From the NCBI GenBank assembly GCA_047495785.1, contig JBLDXI010000003.1, positions 3,348,001 through 3,412,000 of the forward strand: a stretch of 64,000 bases of DNA, given 5' to 3'. A model generated the notes under the pieces. It ran no database searches and had not been told where the DNA came from. It saw only the letters and a program-made list of their open reading frames with translations. Position 1 is the stretch's first letter, and each line of letters opens with the position of its first letter. The DNA is from Lepidodermella squamata. Taxonomy: Eukaryota > Animalia > Gastrotricha. The translations under genes and the position numbers were made by a program. Shown in pieces: positions 1 through 12,855 of this stretch.

Positions 1-38
1 GGAGCCGGAGATTGTGGGTTCGAGTCCCATCTGGGTCG
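1..38 (+). tRNA. tRNA-Arg, 3' half only (truncated by the window start)
   Basis: GGAGCCGGAGATTGTGGGTTCGAGTCCCATCTGGGTCG gives the anticodon-stem 3' side, variable loop, T-arm (GTGGG-TTCGAGT-CCCAT, B-box) and acceptor 3' strand. It closely resembles the 3' half of metazoan tRNA-Arg(CCG/TCG) as I recall it. The anticodon is mostly outside the window. Confidence 0.85.
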
Positions 39-43
39 CCTGA

Positions 44-48
44 TTTTT
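44..48 (+). terminator. RNA polymerase III terminator (T5) of the tRNA gene
   Basis: TTTTT run 5 nt after the tRNA 3' end. Confidence 0.6.
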
Positions 49-703
49 CTACAATTTAAAATTTAAAAATTCATTCTATGGTTTTTGAGCTTGAGAATAA
101 AATAGGAAATCTACAAGAATAATACATAATGCTTTTTTCGGCTCTCGGTTTTTTCGGGTTTTCTCTTCTTGATTTTAACCGACCCTCTAATGGCCGAAGA
201 CTAGAAAAGCTGAATCTATCAATGCTTTGCATCTAGCGCAATTACTGTGACCCCAAGTGGAAAATAAACGCCACCGCTGCTTTGCTCTTAGCAGTGAGTT
301 TTCATGTTTTGCTGGGATTTCCGGGTCCAAGTCCTTAGTTTCGACATTATTTTACCGTCAGTTCCGGTCGGCTTGTTACTTGTTACACGTCGGTCCTTGT
401 TACATTTTTTGTCCTCTATGAGCTAATTTTACTTTATATAATAATCGGAGGTAAGGTTTCACGCCTGCAATTATTGGTTATTGTGATAAGGCACAATCAA
501 GATAGTCATGGAAAAGAGCCGAAAACGTAATTCAGGCTTGTTTCCCGCCTCCTATTGCAGTCAACAGATGTTATATTGAGACTCGTGCCTCGCTTATGGC
601 CACAAATTCCCGCTCAGAAGCTTCACTCACGCTATAAAACTCAAACTTTAAAAACAGTCAATTAAATTTCTGTATTTCGACTCGATTTAGTTTCTAATTA
701 ATT

Positions 704-3700
704 ATGGCAAAACTATCAGTTTTGCTTATTCTTGCGCCGTTTTTCGCCGCCGCATTCGCCACTGAGGACATAATAGAATGGTGTGGCATGGTTATTCACG
801 ACAAACCACAGGCGAAACCAGTTCCTCTGACTTCGGTTTCGGTTCACGCCGATGTTCGCGGCTGGGCTGTTGGCGTGACTGCAGAGCTCGAGTACAAAAA
901 TAACCTCGAAGAAGCCATTGAGTGCGAGTTCGTCTTCCCACTCACCGAAACGGCTGCAATTTATCAACTCGAAGCTGAAGTCGATGGTAAAAAACTCGTC
1001 GCTCAGGTCAAGGAGCGAAATGTTGCAGACAAGGAATACACGTAATATTAATTTTGAATTTTTAAATTATTTAATTTTTTTAGATTCGATTGAAATTATT
1101 TAAAATTTTGAAATTTTGAATTTTGAATTAAAATTGAAGTTTAAATGTAATTAAAAAGTTTAAAATTTAATTTAAAATTTAATTTTAATTAATTAACAGA
1201 AAACATGTAAAGTTTCAAATTTTTTTGCTTTCAGTGAGGCTGTGAAAAAGGGCAAGACTGCGTTTCACTTGGAGAGCCAGACTGGTACCACCGATGTCTA
1301 TCGCCTCCGCATTGGTAACCTGGCTGCCGGTCAATCAGCCACGGTTAAAATCGGCTTCGCCCAGCCGATCGATCGCGTTCTCAGCGATGGCCTGCTTTCT
1401 CTCAGCCTACCAGTCGTCCTCAACCCACGCTACGTCCCGAAGCACCAGATCGAAAATCGCGAAATCATCGACAAATTGTTCCTGGTGAAGACGCCGTTCG
1501 TCGCTGTTTCACAGGTTCAGTACAAGATGAAGTTTTCAGCCGACATCGACCTTGGCCAACTGCGTCAAATCGTCGATGTGAAGGCTCTGAATTCTAGCGA
1601 TATTCTCAAGGTGACGTATGGCGAGGGCAAAAACACGGCCAAGGTCGAGTTGACCAGCGATATCGTCCAAGATCACGACTTCACCCTGCTGATCACCCCT
1701 GACAAGGCGTTAAACTCGAAATCAGTTGTCTACGTCGAGCCAGGTGTTGCGGTTTCGAGCGAGTCGAAGCAACCGTGGTTGAACTACGACATTGCCGCGG
1801 CTTGGTTCGAACAATTCGACTCGGGTGATAAAACGTCTCAGAAGTCGATCGATGAATACTGGATCGTTGTCGATCGATCTGGGTCCATGTGGGGTGATAA
1901 GATCGTTGACGCCAAGTCGGCACTTGCTGTTATTGTCAAGAGCCTGCCATATGGCTGCAAGTTCAACATTATTGGCTTCGGCTCTACTTACAAGGTTCTG
2001 TTCGAGAAGGGGTGAGTGAAAAATGTTTTCATAAAAAAGGTTGATATAATAAGGATCCAGCTCTAAATTTGAATCTCTAGCACTAAATTCTTCGAATTCA
2101 CATATAATTCTTTAATTTTTCGATATTAACAGTCAGTTTGCAAGTTGTAAAATGCCGATATCGATTCCTACTGTCGATTTTTAAAACCAGTGACTTTATC
2201 AATATCAGCAGTCTGGAAAGCAAGAAATTGAACCTTTTGAACCTGTTTAAGCTATTGAAGCTATTGAAATCGAACCTTTCGAACCTATCGAACCTACTGA
2301 AATTGAACCTTTCGAACTAGTTAGACAATTGAAGTTATTGAACCCATTGATGTTGAACCTTTTGAACCTAAGTGGTGGTTGAGATGAAAAATCGCCTAAC
2401 TCGCAAAATTAAGAGATTTATGTTCTGGAACCTCGGCTTTAGTGGGGCAATTATTTAGAACTCATTCATACCCATTGTAATTTTTTCTCAGAGTTGTCGA
2501 TTACAATGAAGAAAATGTCAAGATCGCCATGGAACATGCCGATGGTCTCGAGGCCGATCTTGGTGGAACTGAAGTTCTGCAACCTCTTGAATTCATCTAC
2601 AAACAGGCGATTCGTGACGATGCTGGCAAAACCTCGCGCCGCTACATTGTCCTGCTAACTGATGGCGAAGTCAGCAACACGAATGAAGTCATCGAGCTGT
2701 GCCGCAAAAATGCTGATAAAACCCGCGTTTTCTCGGTCGGCATCGGCGAGGGAGCTAGCACTTCGCTGGTCAACGGCGTCGCTCGTGCCTCGCATGGCTT
2801 GTCTGAATTTGTCCGATCGGCCAAGGACCGTCTCCAGGCTAAGGTTATCTCTCTGCTCAAGGCGACGACCCTCAGCGCTGCTGAGGAGTTCACGATCGAT
2901 TGGAAGGTCAAGTCAGGATCAATGATTCATACTATTCCCGAAAAGCTTGAAGAAAGCGTTATTTTCTCAGGTAACACTGAACACGATAGATTTTAGCTTC
3001 CATGATTGGAAAATCAGACGTTTAATAATAAGAGATTTAAAAAATTCACAATGCTTCGTTGTTTCAATTTAAATCGTATTTTGAACAATGTATTACTCCA
3101 ATAATCTGCAACTCGATTATATTCTCAATTCGATTCCAAGTATTCTAAATTTTTATTTAATTTTTTTTAGTTTTTCAAAACTTCAATAAATGAGGGAAAT
3201 TTTGTGCGTCGACCAGATTGACCACTTTGTAGACCAACCGCGCGCGCACTTGTAGACCAATATGCGCGCGCGTCGACCAAAATGAGTGCGCGTGTAGACC
3301 AAAATTAGGGCGCGCGTAGACCAAGTAAATACAAGCCGTAAATAGGAGCCAACTATTTATTTTCGCAATTTTTGCAACGACAATCGGTAAATTTTTGATT
3401 AACAACGATGCAAGGGCATTTTCGACCCTTGCCAACTCGATTAACACAATTTTTGAAGGCTACGACGAGTTGAAAAACAACTGGCTACCTGTTTTCTCGG
3501 GGTCATGCGAGGAAGCCCAGGCTTTCCTTGGTAATAGGGACCCATTTTTTTGGCAACGAGGCGGCGAGTAGAGAAGAGGTTGTTACGTTGAACCTATATG
3601 GTTGTGCTACGGGAGGGCGTCGGCGTAAAAATGTTTTCTCGGCTTGGATGCTAGATCATTTTTTCTAAATTATGCGAATAGTTTAATAGAAGATAGCGGC

Positions 3701-6010
3701 CCGGCGGTCGACGCATCTTTCAATTCCGATCACTTGAAATTAGTCCTATAATAATATCGCAAATTGCTGACATCGTGTGATCATTTGAGCGTTTCAGAAA
3801 AAAATTACATGCAATTTGATCGGAGAAAAAAAATTAGAACGCTCAAATGATCACACGATGGATTTCTTAAAAAATCCTAGGATAAGTTGTAGCTGTTGAT
3901 TTGTTGTTGCAGATGTAGGTAGCGCGTTCATGGCGACCCAGTTCAATGACCGGACACGGTCCGTAGCTCTTATTCACGCAGCTAGTAGCTAAACCGGCGT
4001 GTAAACACTCCAATACAGATAATCCCTTGATCCGTCGGCTGTAAAACACGGCAAACTGTCTCAGACGTCGCGCGGGGGTTCGTGTCGAGGTGCGCAGCGG
4101 GTGCGTGCGTGTGCGCGTGTTGTTTGAAGATTGGATAAAATGGGTGGATTGCGCGTGATTGGTGCAATAAATGCGTTGCGAATCAGCTGCTTAACTTGAT
4201 CATTAAGTGCGGACACTGCTGTTGATTTCGCTGGGTGTCGGCGAGCAATCGAGTTAGTGAAAGCGACAACGGCTGACGGTGTTTCGACTGTTTTCAACTG
4301 GTTGCGGCACACGCTTCTGCCCGCACAATCGCAACAGTAGTAGGCTTCTGTCATGCCATTTCTGTCATGCCATTCTCGGTGCTGAGATTTTGCTGGTGTG
4401 ATTATTTGCCTTCAGGAAATCAGTGGCCTCGACGGAATTTCCCCGGAAAACTTCAACCCAATGGTGTGGGGTTTGTTTATAGGCCAACTCGTCCGCCTCG
4501 ACTATCTGCTTGATGATTGCCACTAAACAATCAGCCACCTCATCAACTTGATTTTCTATAGCCTCGGCGGTAAAAGGCTCCTCGGTCGATTTTTCACCTG
4601 AAAGCTCTTCGCCTGATAGCTCAAAGGATAATTGAAGGTTTAAAATCGTCAAAGGCATCGAAATTAGCCAAAATTAGCCGAAATACACGTTGGTCTACAA
4701 TTAAATTTTTGAATGGTCTACAATTTAACAGTTTGGTCGACAAGTGTGCGTGCTGGTCTACAGCTGTCGCGCTTGGTCTGCGCGCGCAGCCTTTTGGTCT
4801 ACGCACCACCTTGAGTGGTCTACAATTGTGCGTAATCTGGTCTACAAATTTTTCAACCCCTCAATAAATTAATGAATAAATATTTAAATTATTGACATTC
4901 AATTTTTTATAAAATTTATAAGCGCAAATTTTTAATTTTTAATTTTTTCATTATTTTTAAGGTGGCTCTGTCAGCCAATATGGAGCTTTCGCCCGTCAAT
5001 CTGGCTCTGACCTCACCGGATCGGCCACAATTAGCGGTAAAATCGATAACGAACCAATCACCGCCCGCGCTGAATTCTCCGTCCCGGCTACTCTCTTCTC
5101 AAGTTAGTCAAACATTTCTTAATCAAATTTTAATAAAATTCGATTTTTTTCATTAGAGCTCGATGACGCGCTGCCAATCCACCGTTTGAGCGCGAAGAAA
5201 TTCCTGACCAAGTTGGTCGATGAGTACAACGAGAAGAAGACGGAGAGCTTGCGAAAGGAAGCCGTCGACATTTCAATCGCTACTGGGGTTCTCTGCGAGT
5301 TCACCGCCTTCGTTGCTGTCGATGAAAGCCAACCGGCGGTCGAAAACGCGAAACAGCCGCTCTACGTCAAGATCGAGCGTCCATCGAAGTACGTCGAGGA
5401 AGACGAGGACAGGTTGGGTTTACGGTCCTACAGTGGACGGCTTGCTAGAATGAAAGTTTCCACTTCTGCTTACAGCCGTGGTGGTGTTTACACTGCTTCC
5501 TACGCCATGGGTGGCATGGGTGCTGCGGCTCCAAGTCTTCTTCAAGAGGCTGAATTCGATGCTGAAGCGGACGACCATGAAATTTCAGCATCAGCAGACT
5601 CTGAAACTTCGACCTCGGCCCGTTCGAAGGCTACAACTTCAACGCCATCGCCCTACTCGAACAGCAAGGCCGATCTCGATGCTTTGCTGAAGCTGCAAAC
5701 CTTCAAGGGCGCTTGGGAGATCACCGATAAGCTGCTTGAACTTATCAACGGTAACATCAAGTCGGCGGATAAGTTCACATCGGCCTCTCTGAAGGCGGCT
5801 ATCAAGGTTGCGACGAATGGCGCGGATGTTGACGAAGATTTCGCCGCGACTACGTCCGCCCTGGCTCTTCTTCGCAGCCGCTTCGCCGCGTTCAAGGACG
5901 AGTTCCAGATGATTGAGCAGAAGGCGGTCAATTACCTCAAGTCGAGCAAGTTTCTGGTTGGCGACGTCGAGGCTACGCTCAAGGCTGTCGAGGCGAAACT
6001 TGGATTTTAA
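704..6010 (+). CDS. VIT + VWA domain protein (VWA5A/LOH11CR2A-like) with N-terminal signal peptide, copy 1; ~862 aa
   Basis: Exons 704-1041, 1235-2011, 2492-2970, 4962-5102, 5157-6010; GT-AG introns, frame-consistent. VIT motifs (EAIECEFVFPL, AAIYQLEA, IGNL). VWA MIDAS residues DRSGS, GGTE, LTDG. VWA5A-type C-terminus (IHRLSAKK, FTAFVAVD, LQTFKGAW). Hydrophobic N-terminus MAKLSVLLILAPFFAAAFA. Confidence 0.9.
2228..2370. repeat. Degenerate ~9-bp minisatellite (GAACCTWTC / GAAGCTATT) in intron 2 of VWA gene 1
   Basis: Repeated attgaacct, tcgaacct and gaagctatt units. Confidence 0.6.
3192..4860. mobile_element. Mutator/Foldback-like DNA transposon in intron 3 of VWA gene 1, with degraded internal coding remnant
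   Basis: Flanked by the 9-bp direct repeat TCAATAAAT (3183-3191 and 4861-4869). Imperfect TIRs built from arrays of GTMGACCA on the left and TGGTCKAC on the right. Minus-strand frameshifted ORF fragments inside (e.g. YYCCDC...C...RRH). Confidence 0.8.
3771..3860. repeat. 90-bp hairpin/MITE-like element with 23-bp perfect inverted arms, nested in the transposon
   Basis: CATCGTGTGATCATTTGAGCGTT (3771-3793) is the reverse complement of AACGCTCAAATGATCACACGATG (3838-3860). Confidence 0.75.
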
Positions 6011-7105
6011 ATAAAGAACAAAACAATTTTTTGACTTTTTTGACATTTAAAATTTTTAAAATCAAAGTGAAATCATGTTCGTGATACTCGGCTAAAATAA
6101 AACAGTTAACAGTTCGGATAATTTCTTGTTGCTGACGGCCGATTTATTTCAGGGCTGAAAAAGACCCGAAACATTTATTTTTCAAATCCATGGCATCTAT
6201 TTTTTTAGGCTGACAATTTTACGGGTAATAATGATCGATTAGGATGAATCACATGTAGCGTGAGACATTTGCTGAATTGGTCGATAAAATCCCCTGGGTC
6301 ATTTGAATTTTATTGTCACATTGCCGCGAGACTTTGTTCCCTAATCTGAGTACCTAACCATTTAATTTTCAAAAATTTCGGGTTTTTCTTTATAAACAGA
6401 TGCGTCACTTTCGACGCGATTCTATTGATTTTTTAGTTGATTCAATTAATTAGTGCCTCGATTGAACAACGTCCTCGATGAAGCGACAACTTGCCACTCT
6501 AAATGAGAAAATTTAGCTGATTATCTATAGCCGATTAGGACTCCACCTTGTTCTGCTGAAAAACCCAAACAACAGGGCAGCTGTGGGGTATTATTCTTAC
6601 AATATATATGTTAATATCTAATCGAAGCCTAATTCCTCTTTATTGGGTTTCCGCACTCAACGCCGCTTTAAGGATACTTCAGTTTCTGTCCACTTGTGAG
6701 TAAATAGAGAAACAAAACTCTTCAATGGCTTTAAATAGACTCAAACTATGCCGGAGTCGTAGCCGAGAGGATTTGACAAGATAAATTGTTGCTATTTTTG
6801 GCAGCTATGACCGAAATAACTATATTCCATACCCGAAACTACCCATGTCACACTTTTCAATGAACGATGAAAATAAATAAAATAGGTTATTTTCAAATGA
6901 TGAATTGCTAACTTTGACTGAAAAGAATAAATAGGGCATCTCTCCGTTTTCCTGAGCATACTTCTTCGGATGATGCCAGCTGGAACTTCACTGTAACACC
7001 TGTAAATCAAACTTGTGACATCGTTATGCTGCCACGGTGTTTAATTGAATCCCAGCATTTTGAGTCGCATTAAATTGAGTAAGAGGAGACACATTTTTCA
7101 AAAAC

Positions 7106-9975
7106 ATGTTAATAAACTTACTAGTTTTAATTTGTTTCACAAGCCGGTCGATAACCGCCGACCCGTCTGAAAAAACCTCGCATCTAACCGGCGCAGTTTA
7201 TTACCCGGATGGCGAAGATTCTAAACCAGTCCCACTGCCTTTAACTTCTGTTTCAATTGACGCTGATATCCGTGGATGGGCTGTGGGCGTGACAGCCGAA
7301 TTGCGGTATCGAAACACCCTGGGCGAGGCCATCGAGTGCGAATTCATTTTCCCACTCGCTGAATCGGCGGCTATTTACAAATTAGAGGCGGCGGTTGACG
7401 ACAAAATTCTAGTGGCTGAAATTAAAGAACGCGAGATTGCCGAACGAGAATTCACGTAAATTTAAAAATAATTAATTTAAAAAATTCAAAATTTAATTTT
7501 AAATTTAGAAAATTTCCAAATTATTGTACAATTATTCCTTAAATTTTTCCAGCACGGCGCTTGGTGAAAGAAAACTTGCGATCCATTTTCAAAAACACAC
7601 CGAACAAGCCGATGTGTACCGCCTCCGATTGGGAAATCTCGATCATCTGAAGACTGCCGTGATCAAAATCGGCTACGCCCAGCCGCTCGATCGTGTTTTA
7701 GACGACGGTCTGCTATCCTTGACGCTGCCAATGGTGCTCAACCCTCGCTATGTGCCGAAAGATCAAGTCAAAAGCCAAGACGAGGATGACAAGCCGTTCC
7801 TTGCCATCTCATCCTACAAGTACAGAATGTCATTCAGCGCAACGGTGAATCTAGGCAATCGTAAAATCTCTGAAATCACAGCCCGCCATCCTAGTGATAA
7901 GTTGGAAATCTCGTATAACGAAGGTCGAACTGCTGCAGAGGTGGAGTTGTCCGAAAATTTCGCCTACGACCACGATTTCACGCTGCTGATAAAGCCGAAG
8001 GTCGAGCTGTTCGAACACGCTTATTCCAACATTTTCATCGAACCGGGCCGGGAATCGGATTCAGAACCAGGATGGTTGAACTACAACATCGCCTCGGTTT
8101 GGCTGGGCAGGTTTGAGAGTGATGAAGAGGTGAAATCGGTCGATGAGTACTGGCTTGTTATCGACCAGTCTGGGTCTATGGCTGAAGACGGCGGCAAGCG
8201 ATTAACCGATGCTAAATCAGCACTGGCCATTGCAATCAAGAGTCTCCCCTTCGGCTGCAAATTCAACATCATTGGCTTTGGCTCGTTTTTCAGACCACTT
8301 TTCAAAACCGGGTACAGTGCTGTTTCGCTGAGTTTTTAATTAATCAATGATATAATATTTCTCACTAATTAATTAATTAAATCACCATTTTTTTAATTTT
8401 TACCTGTTACTCCATATATTTTATAAAAAATTATTGATAACGTCTTGGTGTGATCTTTTTGCACAAATTATGAATCATCACTTTGCAAAAAATGCAGCGA
8501 TGATTCATAATTATTAGCTCTTGTTCACACAAAGGTATTAATTAATTAATTTAATTATTTAAAAAATTTATTTAATTTATTTAATAATTTATTTTATTTT
8601 ACAGCGCTGTCGATTATAAGGAAGAAAACGTGAAAATTGCATTGGACCACGCTGCGGCTTTGAAAGCTGACCTTGGCGGGACAGAAATTTTGAAGCCACT
8701 CAACTTCATTTACCAGAAGCCGATTCGTCGCGACAAAGGCGCCCGCCGTTTCATCATTTTATTAACCGACGGCGATGTCAGCAATACGAAACAGGTCATC
8801 GACATGGTGCATGTGAATTCGAAATACAACCGCGTCTTCGCGATTAGGATCGGGGAAGGCGCTGGAACAGCTCTGGTGAATGGCGTAGCTGCGGCCTCGA
8901 ATGGCCTGGCAGATTTCGTCCGAAGTGCCGATGATCGTCTTCAGGCGAAAGTTATTTCGATGGTTAAAGCTACTTTTCAGACTGATTTGAATGAGGAAAT
9001 CAGTATCAATTGGAATCCGCAAGAAGGCGCGACGTTTCTCCATGTTTTTCCGGAAAAAATCGGCGAGCGAAGTTTGCTAGAATCCGGTAAGTCGGATTTC
9101 GCCTTGAACTAATTTTGCCTTTTTTCGACATTTTTAATTTTTTTTTAAATTCAATTAAAGGCGGGTCAGTCACGCAGTTCGCTGTATTCAGGCGCGATTC
9201 GAAATCAGCCGACATCGAAGTTTCAATCGATAAAAATCTGCAAGATCTATCCCTGCCTGAATCACTTATTTCAGGTTACTTATTTTTTTATAATTTTTTT
9301 CGCCTTGATTTTTACCTGTAAATACCAGGCTCGAATGATCCTATGCCCGTTCATCGCCTAGCGGCTAAAAAGTGGCTTTCGCAACTGGCGGCTGAATATT
9401 TGAAAACGAAGTCTGAAGCCACCCGTCAAAAGGCAATCGAAATTTCTATCGCAACTAAGGTTCTTTGCGATTTCACAGCATTTGTTGCTGTCGAGGAAGC
9501 CGAGGGTGATTATGGCGGCGACGAAACTGAGAATGGCGAGTCGAAAATTTCCAAGAATTTGATGCGCATCGAACAGCCAGAAGTTTTTGAATCTCGGCTT
9601 TGCTTATCAAATTGTAAACCAGCTGATCGAAATGAATTCGAAGCCCTGCTAAATATGCAGCTGTTCAGCGGATCATGGCAGTTGAGTGATAAATTACTCG
9701 AAATGTTGAACTCAAATATCGGGAAAAACACGCCTCGTTTCACTGCTGAATCTCTGAGAAAAGCTGCGAAGAAATCGGGTTATGGCGCTAATTTCGACGA
9801 TAATTTCGTTGGAACCGCCACGGCGGTTTGTTTACTGCGCGGCCGATTCGGGGATTTCAAGGCCGAATACAACCTTATGGAACAGAAAGCGGTCAAATTC
9901 CTGAAATCAACAAAAATGCTGAACAGCGATTTTGAGGCGTTTTTCAATTCTTTCGAAGCTGGTCTTGGATTCTGA
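7106..9975 (+). CDS. VIT + VWA domain protein (VWA5A-like) with signal peptide, tandem copy 2; ~783 aa
   Basis: Exons 7106-7455, 7553-8311, 8605-9086, 9161-9274, 9329-9975, with the same intron positions as copy 1. MIDAS residues DQSGS, GGTE, LTDG. N-terminus MLINLLVLICFTSRSITA. Confidence 0.9.
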
Positions 9976-10325
9976 TGATAATTGCTTGAATAAAAAATTG
10001 TTGTTTTTTTCATTCATTATTCCAGGGTTTTTCTAGAATGAAGGAATTGACCTGGGGCGGATTGATAAGCGTGATATAAAAAAAGCGGCCTATCGCACGC
10101 TTCATTGATAGCGGAATTTCGTATCTGATATAAAACCGCCGGTCATGCAGTTGAAACTATTATAACATGTTGAAAATCGGCAGCAGTGATAACGACGAAT
10201 GAGATTTACAAATTTCCATCGCAATAGTTTAAAAAATCATCAGCTTAGAATTCAGTTTCCATTTTTTGAATTTCTATTAATTTCGAAAAATTAAAATTAG
10301 GCTTTTCCTTGATAATTTTGAGAGC

Positions 10326-11335
10326 ATGGCTGAAAGTCCGAGAATTCTTGTCACGGGTAATTTCCATTTTTCTGCCTTTTATTTGCCGAATTTCTGGGTT
10401 ATTTTATTACAGGTGGGGCTGGTATGATTGGCAGCATGATAGTTCACAAATTGCGCGCTAAATACGGCAATGACAACGTGATTGCGGCCGACGTGCGTCG
10501 CGACACTGCGACACCGGTCGGCGAGCCGTTCGAACAGTGCGACATCACCGAGTTCGAGAGCCTCGAAAGCATCGTTGTCAAACACAAAATCACATGGCTC
10601 ATCAACGAATCCGCAATTCTTAGCCTCGCCTGTGAAATGAACCCGCAACTCGCGATGAAAGTCAATTTGATCGGCTTTCAAAACATCATGGAAGTTTCGA
10701 GGCTTCATAACCTACGCGTCTTCTCCGCATCGACCATCGCGTCATTCGGACCGTCGACCCCGAGGGTCATGGTCCCGGATATCACCATCCAACGCCCGCC
10801 TGGCCTATACGGCTCGACTAAGGTCCACAACGAATTAATCGGCGAATTTTACCACCGCAGATACGGCGTTGATTTCCGGTGTCTACGCTACCCGACCGTC
10901 ATCGCGCCTTCGGGTGAAGCCCGCGGCCGAGTTGTCGACTTTGCCGTTCAAATTTTCGACGAAGCCGTCAGCTCTGGTCACTACGTCTGCGACGTTGCCG
11001 AGTCGAGCAGCCTGCCCTTCCAGCTGGTCGACGATACCGTCGATGCGACAATTCAATTCATGGAGGCTCCGAATGAAAAATTAACCCTGCGAACGTACAA
11101 CATCACGGCATTCAGTTGCACAATCGGCGAGATTGCGGCTGCGATTAAGAAATTGATCCCGGAATATAAGGTGGAATTCAAGCCTAACCCAGCCAAGCAG
11201 CTGATTATCGACGGCATCCCTCAATCGCTGGACGACAGCCGGGCTCAGCGCGATTGGGGCTGGAAAGCTAGCTATGATATGGAAAAGACGGTCAAGGAGG
11301 TGATTCATCGTCTGAAATCAGCGCGAGCTAAATAA
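10326..11335 (+). CDS. TDH: L-threonine 3-dehydrogenase (extended SDR / NAD-dependent epimerase family); ~317 aa
   Basis: Exons 10326-10356 and 10413-11335 join to give the Rossmann motif ILVTGGAGMIG. Also VFSASTIASFGP, catalytic YGSTK, YGVDFRCLRYP and SLDDSRAQRDWGW, all typical of SDR-type TDH. An additional upstream exon is possible (acceptor near 10300, open frame). Confidence 0.85.
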
Positions 11336-12855
11336 TGAGAAAAAACACGCCAATAATGGCTCGAGGCCAGAATAATAATAATTTGACCTAATAATTTGCG
11401 TATAAAGATAAATAAAAAGCGCCGATCGTTGCTAGGCTATAGATTAATCCTCTGTTATTATGGCGATCGGCTATTTTTTTTGCGACGTAATAAAAAAGTG
11501 ATTCACTGCGCTGCGTAATTTTTACTACGCTATAATATCCAGGTCTTTAAAATGAACGCACTTCTTAATCCTGATAAGACTTGACTAGAAATTTGAAAAT
11601 CGGACAATTTTTGTCAAAAGTTTGGCAACCCATCAGATAATCGAAGTTGTTTTTTTATCAATTTAAAATCAGTTTAAAATTGTAAAATCGGATCATTATC
11701 TCACCATTGAGGTCGGGAAGGTCAATGCGAATGAGAATTATTGCTAAATTTTTCAAGGGAAATAATGTGACAATTGGCGAGAAAGTTCGATAATCTGCGC
11801 TTTGGGCATTTAATAAGTCGTATTTATTACCAGCTCACAATCAACGTAAAAAAAAGAAGCGATCGACCCGGCCTTTTTACTGCCGTAAATTGCGCACAAT
11901 TGTAAACACTTAAAATGCAATAATATGGCTTGTAGAATATATCATCTTATACTATTGATGATGATTGTTTGTAAGGCTCGCAATTTTTACGCACAGCAGC
12001 AATAATTGATCGGTTATTTTTCTTCCTCACGAATTGTTTGCCGATACAAAATTTCTAAGCATTCTCGTTATTGGCTTAAGACTCATTGAATCATTCATAG
12101 GAAAATATGCTATATGTACATTTAATTCGCGCAAAACTTGTCCGGAAAAACTTGCTATATAGTAAATTTCATTATTTCTTCTCTGCGCGCATAAACAATT
12201 TGTTTAAGTGGGAAAATTTAAATTTAATAGCTGTCAGAATTCAATAACTCGACCCGATTTTTCATCGTTTTGCCAGACATTTTGTCTTGCTTGCCATGTC
12301 AATGTCGATAAATATTTCATTATGTTTTTTCCAATCGAAAACTTTTTTCAATCATATCAATGTGCAAGCCACGAGAGACATTACCGTTTCGTGTTTTCGC
12401 CGTATGAGTGACTTGTTTTAATTGAAATTAAAAAATCATATGTTTCATATCGATATGTATTACACGCGTTCGCGAGCAATTATTTTAACGATTAGTTTTT
12501 ATTGTTTTGGAGGCCGGCGCCTCAAGCGACACGGCAAAAGCGAGCCCTAAATACGCCCACGAAAATCGATCAGCTCGCCCGGCTATTGCTGCCAAAAGTG
12601 TTCGGCAGTCTGCTATAATTCGAGCCCGGAACATATAATAATAATAATAAATCCATTTAATATGAATTTCGCCACAAGAGTTCGAAATGATTTTTGTTTC
12701 ATAATTCTATAACATCGCAACTGCCCCCTTTCCGGGTGAAACAATAATGGTTTATAATTTATTTTACCTTCTAAATTACTTCCCCCTTTTATTATCTAGA
12801 CCTTGAAAACCGGACTGTTTAACTCATGCGAAAAATGATAAATTGACCGCGCAAT

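Noticed and set aside
8466-8512. 14-bp-arm hairpin in intron 2 of VWA gene 2
   Set aside because: Short and AT-rich; no TSD or other evidence of function.
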